From contig NZ_CP074694.1 in assembly GCF_018398935.1 (NCBI RefSeq), positions 2,190,001 to 2,222,000 on the forward strand: DNA of 32,000 bases, in the 5' to 3' direction. A program made the position numbers and the translations under genes. Of this stretch, positions 18,813 to 26,015 are shown piece by piece. The notes beneath the pieces are model-generated. The model was given only the letters and a program-made list of their open reading frames with translations, had not been told where the DNA came from and ran no database searches. This stretch comes from Telmatocola sphagniphila (GTDB taxonomy: Bacteria; Planctomycetota; Planctomycetia; Gemmatales; Gemmataceae). Numbering within the stretch: the stretch's first letter is position 1; the number at the start of each line of letters is the position of its first letter.

Positions 18813-21800
18813 CTATTTTCGTGCTAGTTCGAGGATTCGACCTTCGGGTAGCTGTCTCGTTTGAATTAAGGAAGGATTTGTTTTAAGCGATTGCACTTCA
18901 CCTTCCTGGACCAAATGAAATTCTCCCTGTCCCTGGCTGGGAATTTTGCTCATCGCAGTCGGTCTTGTTTCGAACATCGGTTTCAACTTCTTCAAAGCCG
19001 TTTGTTCCTTGACTCGGCCGACCAGCCACGCCCGAATCTGATCGCGGCATTTATAATCAAAATCGCCAGGGCTTTGCGATGCTAAAAACAGACCCAATCC
19101 AGCTGAACGAGACCGCTTTAGCAGATTCTCGATCGGAGCTTTCGTCGAAGGGGAACTCTTAGCAGGCAGATAACGGTCGGCTTCATCCAGCATCAGTATC
19201 GCTTGCAGATTACCTTCGGGGGCGGGATTTTTTCTTATCCATTGTCCAAATCCTATCAGCATTTGGGAAAGCCAAAAGCTTTCAATTTGTTCTCCTCCTA
19301 AAAAGTGAGTGCAAATAATACTGAGGCGGGTTTTGCCCGGAACCGAGTGCGGGCCGCGACCCAAAAGAAGATCGATGCTCAGTTCCTCTTCCCCTTGGAA
19401 TAGGCTTCTGTACTGCAGATCTAAAAGTCCTAAATCGAACGCCAAATTCTTGAAGTGTTTATCGTCGATGCCCTCGGCATGATAGAGAAGGGAATCGTCG
19501 CGATCGTCCACGAATCGACGCAAAGAAGAGATCGTGACCGGATTGGTCGAACTCAGAGCTAGCAATTCCATTGCCTTCGCAAGCACGGCCAGTTTGGGAT
19601 CGACCCCCGCGGTCCTCTTTCCGAGTATGCCGGCAATAGCATCCGCGGTCATTCGGGCCGTCTGTTCTTGCTCATCTTTCGGTAATTGTTTGAGATCTGC
19701 AGATAATAATGGAAGCGCGAGATGTCGCCCTGCCGTCGAACCGGGTGTAAATAGGGCAATGTCAATGGCCTGACGAAGATTGCGTCGAGCGGTCGAAAAA
19801 GTGTCAGACTCTGTGGATTCCCAGGCGTCGGGATCGGCGTAGCGGGCCAAATCGCCTTTGCGATCGATGAGTACAACCGGAATTCCATTTTGCAGTAGTT
19901 GTTCGATGAGTGTAAGGGCAGCCGTTGTCTTTCCGCTTCCCGAGCCTCCCAAAAAAGCCATATGCTGCTTTAAATCTTGGCTTTTAATTGAAATTCCATT
20001 TGAACTTCCTCGATTTTGACCCAATGTGAGTGTTTCGTTTCGGACGATCGATGGAACCGAGATCTGCTTGGGAAGATCGACCGCTTGAACTTTTTCAGGA
20101 ATTGGCAAAGCAACAGTCGGAGGAACGACCTGAGTGGAGGCTTTAAAGAGTGTCTGCAAGCGATCGAGATCGAGGATTTTGCGCGTGGATGGTAGTACGG
20201 AGAGAGGTTTGCAATCGGTTTGCCAGGCCGCGAAGCCCGGGCTGTTTTGATGCTCGAGTTGAAAAGTGCGAAAAGCATGAAGAGCGCGCCAATCTCCCGA
20301 TTCCACTACGACTCGCTTTCCTTTTCCTTTGGGAGCTACGAGTTGAACGATCTGTTGAGTGACTTTATTCTTAATCGAATCCGGAAAATCGGTCGACCGG
20401 ATCAGAGCCACCGGTAATTCGCCCGCACGTTTTGCAGCTTCTTCAACTTGTTTCCCTAATCCTCCTCCCTGAGCCTTCTTTTCGCAAATGGCTAAGAGCA
20501 ATTTGTTAACTGAATTGTCTGGGAAATGGATTTCGGTTTCTACGAAGCGGCCCGAAGGCGTTGCTCCGATATGAACGCCCGTGGGCAACTCTTTCGATAC
20601 GGCTTCTAGCGAAAGCGACATCAGTTCGGCGGCCTCCTCTTCTTCCATTTCTGGCGTGGGATGGGCCGAGAGAAAATCGTTCCATACTTTTTGAAATTGG
20701 ATCTCACAGGAAGGCGGAGCCGACTTCTGAACCTGGTGGGGTTCAATATCCGTTGCGTTCGAACCTTCGGTGGGATTGATCCAGCGCTCGACCAATTTGC
20801 ATCGCTCTTGGTGATCGCGAAACCAGTTGAGAATGGTTCGAGTGTTCTTTCCGGAGAGAAATTGCAAGTCCGAGGAGCGAAAGGGGTAAAGAACATAGTT
20901 CCCTTCGAAGGAGACATCTAAATTTGCGTAAAGGAATTCCAAACGTTTGGCGAGTAAGGCCTCAATCTCATCTGCATCTCGGTTCTCTTTGATGAAAATG
21001 GGTTTTGGGTCCTGCTCCAACCGGTCGCGTTTAGAGCGAGTGAGCTTTTGCTGCATCGCGCTAAAATAACTTTCCAGACAGGCGACGACGACGACAGCAT
21101 TGGGAATGCCTTCGGAGATATTCACTAAGGCATCGACGGCTTTACGGAATAGCCAGCCCGATTCCCGTTCTTCGAACTCCAGATCGAAAGTCTCTTCGAT
21201 CTGGTCGGCAAGTATGACAAGGGGAGCCTGCTGCGCGGCGGCCATGACGCGAGCTAGACCGCAAATAGTGCGGAAAGCGGAATCCTCGGCAGTCTGCGGC
21301 CCCAATCCACCGAGTAGTTCCCTATCGGCAGGAGCGAGTTCCTCGCAGCGCAACCATCGGATAACACGTGATTTTAGACGGGCATCGTTAGGAAGCAGGA
21401 AGAGCAAAGCACGCAATAAATCGAGATCGCAATCGGCATATCGCTTATCCTGGATAGCGAAATCGGCATATCGGAAGACTCGATCGGCCGTCTCACGAGC
21501 ATCGGCCAATTCTTCTCGGAAATCTTTTTTTTCTTCGGCAGGCACAACATCGAGTGAATCAAGCAGCGCTTGCGCCAATCGGGTTAAGCCCGGCGTCGAA
21601 GAAACTTCCGTGAGGTAAGGTTGATTGAGGCCATCGATCAAATTACCCAAAAGATAGCGAGTATAATTTTCGGTCTTGGACGACATTTGGGCATAACTGC
21701 AATAGCCGCCTCGTTGGTGAGCATAATGTCGGAAGGCCCGCATGAGGTGGGTTTTACCGCTGCCCGCTGAACCGAGGAGTAATAAAGATTTTCCACCGTT

Positions 21801-21998
21801 CGAATCCGCCGCCTCGTGCAATAACTTCGCGAAACGCTCTCGGGCGTCGGAATGGATCTCTTCCACGTCTAGAGGATCCGGCTTCCAAATATTCTGCGGA
21901 TGCACGATCGAGCCGAATACTTCTACGGAATCGAAAGACAGGTAGGCGTCGAGACGCTTATTGGTCGACTTCGCGCTTGTTGGGGCAATGGCGGTCAT
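18813..21998 (-). CDS. 1061-aa dual P-loop ATPase: N-terminal AAA/ORC-like NTPase plus C-terminal HerA/FtsK-like ATPase
   Basis: I place the start at ATG 21998 (GAGGA 8 nt upstream), 13 nt after the upstream gene's stop. The track's start at 22067 would overlap that gene by 56 nt. Walker A1 is GSAGSGKT (21750-21773) and Walker B1-like is VILADQIEE (21192-21218). Walker A2 is GGSGSGKTT (19923-19949) and Walker B2 is LMLDEADRY (DEAD at 19176-19187). SAGLGLFLASQSPGDFD, typical of HerA/FtsK-type ATPases, follows. Confidence 0.85.
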   Translation of the reverse strand: MTAIAPTSAKSTNKRLDAYLSFDSVEVFGSIVHPQNIWKPDPLDVEEIHSDARERFAKLLHEAADSNGGKSLLLLGSAGSGKTHLMRAFRHYAHQRGGYCSYAQMSSKTENYTRYLLGNLIDGLNQPYLTEVSSTPGLTRLAQALLDSLDVVPAEEKKDFREELADARETADRVFRYADFAIQDKRYADCDLDLLRALLFLLPNDARLKSRVIRWLRCEELAPADRELLGGLGPQTAEDSAFRTICGLARVMAAAQQAPLVILADQIEETFDLEFEERESGWLFRKAVDALVNISEGIPNAVVVVACLESYFSAMQQKLTRSKRDRLEQDPKPIFIKENRDADEIEALLAKRLEFLYANLDVSFEGNYVLYPFRSSDLQFLSGKNTRTILNWFRDHQERCKLVERWINPTEGSNATDIEPHQVQKSAPPSCEIQFQKVWNDFLSAHPTPEMEEEEAAELMSLSLEAVSKELPTGVHIGATPSGRFVETEIHFPDNSVNKLLLAICEKKAQGGGLGKQVEEAAKRAGELPVALIRSTDFPDSIKNKVTQQIVQLVAPKGKGKRVVVESGDWRALHAFRTFQLEHQNSPGFAAWQTDCKPLSVLPSTRKILDLDRLQTLFKASTQVVPPTVALPIPEKVQAVDLPKQISVPSIVRNETLTLGQNRGSSNGISIKSQDLKQHMAFLGGSGSGKTTAALTLIEQLLQNGIPVVLIDRKGDLARYADPDAWESTESDTFSTARRNLRQAIDIALFTPGSTAGRHLALPLLSADLKQLPKDEQEQTARMTADAIAGILGKRTAGVDPKLAVLAKAMELLALSSTNPVTISSLRRFVDDRDDSLLYHAEGIDDKHFKNLAFDLGLLDLQYRSLFQGEEELSIDLLLGRGPHSVPGKTRLSIICTHFLGGEQIESFWLSQMLIGFGQWIRKNPAPEGNLQAILMLDEADRYLPAKSSPSTKAPIENLLKRSRSAGLGLFLASQSPGDFDYKCRDQIRAWLVGRVKEQTALKKLKPMFETRPTAMSKIPSQGQGEFHLVQEGEVQSLKTNPSLIQTRQLPEGRILELARK

Positions 21999-22011
21999 CT
22001 GAGGTCCTCGC

Positions 22012-23043
22012 TCAATCGATGCGAATGAAGTTGAATATGGACTGACAGTCTTCGATCTCGGATTCACGAACGTCTTCGGGGTTCATGGCTTGCACGAGAT
22101 CGGCTCGCACCAAATCTAGGTAACGAGCCGCGTTTGCTTCAACCAGCTTCGCTTTGAAAGAAGTCAGATCGAATCCTTGAAAGCGGGGTTCATTTTTGAG
22201 CGAGTGCCAAACGTGATTGATGAAAACGGTGCGATCTCCGAAGCGACCACTCGGACAGTGCCGGGCCGCTGCTTTCACAGTATCGGCAAACTCTTTGAGA
22301 TCAAAATCCGACTCCTCGGTCATGCGATGGTCGAGCTTATTCGAAGAAAGAATTGCGTTTGACTCGACTGCATTCTCCAGATTCATGTCGGAATTCAGCC
22401 AGTCTGCAATCAACTTCTGACGCAATCCTTTTGCTCCTCCTTGCTTTAACTTCAGCATTATCCTGGGAAGCTGTTTCTTGAGAATATCGCTGGAAAGGAG
22501 TTCGTCACTTTGAATTTGCCGGCAGAGCACTCGGCGGATCAAGCGCCGGGCGTCGGTCTCTTCGGGGAATCCCAGTTCCTTCGCAACTATCGCCACGAGC
22601 AGATCGGAGAGACTTGCATTCGAGGAGATGGGAAGCCCTAATTGCGTCTTGAGCATCCGAGATGCCAGTTGATCTTGCGTCAGGCTTTTAGGATTCTCTT
22701 TCGGATTCATCCCTGAAGCCCGATAGGTGAGATAGCGCGACTCAATGATCCTCCAGGTGCTGCGCGGCGGTAATTCGGACAGTGCGAGACAATCCAAGGC
22801 TCGCTTTCGGCCCCTCTCCGTTAGCCGTAACGCTTTGGGTTCCAGCAACCCATCGGTACGAGTAATTGACAGCAAAATGTTCCATTGTTCAGTCGACAGC
22901 GATTCTTTGAGATATTGGTTCAGACACTTCCTAACCGCTTGTGCAGCGGGGGGTCCCTTCGACGAGGCTAATATCCGTAGCAAGAGGAGATCGGTTAAAC
23001 GAGTCGAAATAACTTCGGCAGGGGCGGTTAAGGGCTGGCTCAT
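22012..23043 (-). CDS. hypothetical protein with winged-helix-like N-terminus (middle gene of the three-gene operon)
   Basis: 343-aa ORF. N-terminal LLLLRILASSKGPPAAQAVRKCL...TDGLLEPKALRLTERGRKRAL looks like a wHTH. C-terminal block: GRFGDRTVFINHVWHSL...FKAKLVEANAARYLDLVRADLVQAMNPEDVRESEI. No family name recognised. Confidence 0.8.
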   Translation of the reverse strand: MSQPLTAPAEVISTRLTDLLLLRILASSKGPPAAQAVRKCLNQYLKESLSTEQWNILLSITRTDGLLEPKALRLTERGRKRALDCLALSELPPRSTWRIIESRYLTYRASGMNPKENPKSLTQDQLASRMLKTQLGLPISSNASLSDLLVAIVAKELGFPEETDARRLIRRVLCRQIQSDELLSSDILKKQLPRIMLKLKQGGAKGLRQKLIADWLNSDMNLENAVESNAILSSNKLDHRMTEESDFDLKEFADTVKAAARHCPSGRFGDRTVFINHVWHSLKNEPRFQGFDLTSFKAKLVEANAARYLDLVRADLVQAMNPEDVRESEIEDCQSIFNFIRID

Positions 23044-23058
23044 AGGACATGAACTCCA

Positions 23059-24297
23059 TTAGGATACGGCCGCATTTTTACGAAAAGCGACAGCGGACAT
23101 AATCGTGTCCAGTATGACCTCCATGTCGGGTAATATATCCTCGGCCAAGAATCGAAGGACTAAATATCCGTTTCGTTGATACTCCCAATCCTTGCGGCGA
23201 TCCCTTCGATAGGCCTTTTCATCGCTGAGATGAAAATATAGTCCATCGATTTCAATTGCCAACCGCAATTTAGGACTAACCAAGTCTCCTTCCGCCCATT
23301 GCGTACCGTGACGAAACTCCAAACGTTGATTTAGGTAAAAGAATCCAACTGTTTCGGGATGCGATTCGAGGAGATCGAACAGGAATCTCTCGGCTCGGCT
23401 ACGGGCGCGGTCTTCCTCGATCGCGTTCCCAGGGGGTGAATCCGAGTTGGCAATGTCTTCAATCTCTTCGAGCACCGTTTCAGTTACGCCCAGTTCGATT
23501 AAACGGTCGACGCTTTTCGAGGCAAGGCATTTATTCGCAGTGGTAGAAAGCCGCTGCTGGATCTGTTGTGCATCAATCGAAGCAATATCCACTCGGCCCT
23601 CGCGGACCATTGTGGCTGTCTGGGAATTACCGGCAGCCTGCAAAAAAGAATCGATGTCTTTCTCGACTCCGAAAATAGCTAAATGCAATTTTGGAATGGT
23701 TTTGCAAAGAATCGTCAGCAGTTCAACCGCAGTTCTAAATGGAATTTTCGGTTCTCTATTCACAATTGCCAATGTTGGTAAACCGACACCCACGATTTCA
23801 CTGAAACCCTTCATGATCGTCACCCAGGATGCGGAATCGTCAGAGAAAACCTCAGTTTGCAAATCTGCAAATATCCGATCGGGTTCAACGGGCAAGGATT
23901 TGACCGCTCGCAAGAACAGCCAGTGGCAAATGGCAAACATCGGTTTTGAGTGGTCTCTTTGGTCGAGTCTGCACCAGGTTTGATCGAACTCGTAAACGGT
24001 CATTCTTTTGAGCCGATCAAGAAAATCGAGAATAGTATTGGGTTCGCTGAGATTGAAGGCAAAACGTGCGGCTTGAGTGTTCAGGTCGAAAGAGGCCCCC
24101 AATAACCTCGTCCAATCCCGGGCAATTGCCTCTTTTGTAATAGAAGTGGGAATTGAAACTTTTAAGCCATTTTGACTGGCCCAAGCGCACCAGTTATTCA
24201 TGCTTGGACCGAGTGGTCCGACAATCGTGGTCAGAGTCGGAATCGACTCCAAACGTCGATTTCGGTGGACATCGAAAATGCGATGGTCCGCTTTCAT
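23059..24297 (-). CDS. protein with C-terminal DUF559 / Vsr-like (PD-(D/E)xK fold) endonuclease domain and a roughly 300-aa unknown N-terminal region
   Basis: The C-terminus RSRAERFLFDLLESHPETVGFFYLNQRLEF...AEGDLVSPKLRLAIEIDGLYFHLSDEKAYRRDRRKDWEYQRNGYLVLRFLAEDI matches the DUF559 pattern. I prefer the ATG at 24297 (MKADHRIF). The track's TTG at 24486 adds a 63-aa highly basic, unnatural-looking extension. Confidence 0.78.
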   Translation of the reverse strand: MKADHRIFDVHRNRRLESIPTLTTIVGPLGPSMNNWCAWASQNGLKVSIPTSITKEAIARDWTRLLGASFDLNTQAARFAFNLSEPNTILDFLDRLKRMTVYEFDQTWCRLDQRDHSKPMFAICHWLFLRAVKSLPVEPDRIFADLQTEVFSDDSASWVTIMKGFSEIVGVGLPTLAIVNREPKIPFRTAVELLTILCKTIPKLHLAIFGVEKDIDSFLQAAGNSQTATMVREGRVDIASIDAQQIQQRLSTTANKCLASKSVDRLIELGVTETVLEEIEDIANSDSPPGNAIEEDRARSRAERFLFDLLESHPETVGFFYLNQRLEFRHGTQWAEGDLVSPKLRLAIEIDGLYFHLSDEKAYRRDRRKDWEYQRNGYLVLRFLAEDILPDMEVILDTIMSAVAFRKNAAVS

Positions 24298-24574
24298 AAT
24301 TTCAGTATGTATTAAGATTTTGGAGAAGATCAACGCTCTTCTCCATTTGTAGCCGAGGCTTTTCGACCGGCGTTTACACTTCAAGAAATGGTTTGTAAGC
24401 CGCTCGATTGCCCGCCAATTCCTGCGGAAGCATCCGCCCGAAACCAAACCGGGCCTAACAATTGTCCTTCCCCAGGCATTCTCCAAAACCTGGTAGCAAA
24501 GCCGATTTTCGCAGAGGGTATAGGACTTTCATTTCTATGAAAAATGGGGTGATTTTCCTTATCTGAAGGTTAAT

Positions 24575-24885
24575 CATCATAAACCACAAAGCTCTGAAAA
24601 GGCTATACTTACCCACATACGTGGCTTAGGTCGTGGTTCCGTGTTCATTCCGGGCGATTTTCTGGACCTGGGGAAGCCGCAGGGAGACGATTTTGCCTTG
24701 CATCGGTTGGTTAAGCAACGGGGATTGCGGCGACTAGCCCGGGGCTAGTATGACTTTCCGAAGTCGCATCCGCAACTCGGAGTACTCTCTCCTTCAGCAA
24801 CTAAGATTGCCAAGACCCTCGCGGGCCGAGACTGTGCCGCATTCAGCCTTCCGCGGCCGATGCGGCGAATCGGCCGCCTCTCGCC
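24575..24885 (+). pseudogene. AbiEi-like (type IV TA antitoxin, DUF6088-type) gene remnant
   Basis: My translation is SSEKAILTHIRGLGRGSVFIPGDFLDLGKPQGDDFALHRLVKQRGLRRLARG*YDFPKSHPQLGVLSPSATKIAKTLAGRD, then after a frameshift QPSAADAANR. There is an in-frame TAG at 24746-24748, no ATG, and the C-terminal half is absent. Confidence 0.6.
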
Positions 24886-25603
24886 TCACTCATGCTGCCG
24901 CTTCCTCCGCTGGGGATTCAACGCAAGATCGGCTCGATTCTCACGGGCTTCGAGGATCTGATCGAGAATAATAACGAGCGCATCCGGATTTTGGAATCGC
25001 TGGCCCAATCGATTTACCGTAAGTGGTTTGTGGATTTTCGCTTCCCTCGTCGTGGGAAACTTATTTGGGTGGAATCGCCACTGGGGAAGATTCCTAAAGG
25101 CTGGAGAGTTGATCCAATTTCAAACCGGTTCAACGATCAAACCCGATCCCAAAGGAGCGTATGCTCTCTACGGATCGAACGGCATTATCGGAAAGAGCTC
25201 GGGCTTTCAATTCGAACGGGGAATAATCATCGGCCGGGTCGGGAATTATTGCGGTTCGGTTCAGTACTCCCATTCCACCTTCAGTGCTTCGGGAAATACC
25301 ATTATAGCGCTACCTCTGGAAGGAAACGAGGAGCTAATTCCTTACCTCTATTACACTTTAAAGCACCTTTCGCTCGGCCAATTTGCGAGCGGATCGGCCC
25401 AGCCCCAGATTACGCAAAGCGTTTTGAAAACCCAGCCGGTCTTGATCCCTCCGGTATCTTTTCTGAAAATATTCTGTTCAGTAACATTCGAATTGCTGCG
25501 TCAAATTGATCACCTGAAGAAAGAAAACGAGAACCTTCACAAAACCCGCGAACTGCTCTTGCCGGGACTGATCTCCGGCCGACTCGACCTGGAAAGAGTT
25601 TGA
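24886..25603 (+). pseudogene. hsdS: type I restriction-modification specificity subunit (HsdS) half-gene, frameshifted
   Basis: Central conserved region: LPLPPLGIQRKIGSILTGFEDLIENNNERIRILESLAQSIYRKWFVDFRFP...IPKGWRV. A 1-nt frameshift near 25105-25113 then leads to ELIQFQTGSTIKPDPKGAYALYGSNGIIGKS...QPQITQSVLKTQPVLIPP...TRELLLPGLISGRLDL. No hsdM or hsdR is present in the window. Confidence 0.8.
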
Positions 25604-26015
25604 ACGGAATGCCGGCTCAAGAAAGAGTTGGGAATAAAAGATTGGCCGAACTTGTTAGAATCCCTTCTCCCAGACTTCACCGAATCGAAAGTCGAATCGT
25701 TCAACTGCTGCTCTCCGTTGTTCGGCGAGGGCAACTAATTTGAAGATGGCTTCATCCACACAAAAAGTATCTCAACCATTGCAGGCCCCAATTAAGAAAT
25801 TTATCTGAAATGAACAGTAGCGTTTTCTGGATGATGGAGGAGCATCGGACGGTGCGTGAACGGTTGGAGATCGTTACAACTGAATTACGAATTTTACTAC
25901 CCTCATCCGCTCGAAAATTTGGCTGTCCGAAGCCTGAAAAAGTGGCCGATCAGGAGTACTTTCGAGGGTTGCAACCGGACACGACTAGCGCGGGAGAGAC
26001 GCTAATTCTCAATTT

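Noticed and set aside
21999-22067. Track start (22067) of the big ATPase ORF
   Set aside because: It would overlap the upstream gene by 56 nt. The ATG at 21998, with GAGGA 8 nt upstream and a 13-nt gap, fits better.
18813-25603. Compositional (GC) island signature for the putative defence locus
   Set aside because: Hand counts of single 60-nt samples gave 30/60 GC inside (19081-19140) and 29/60 outside (14041-14100). No difference is visible by eye. A sliding-window GC and k-mer analysis would be needed.
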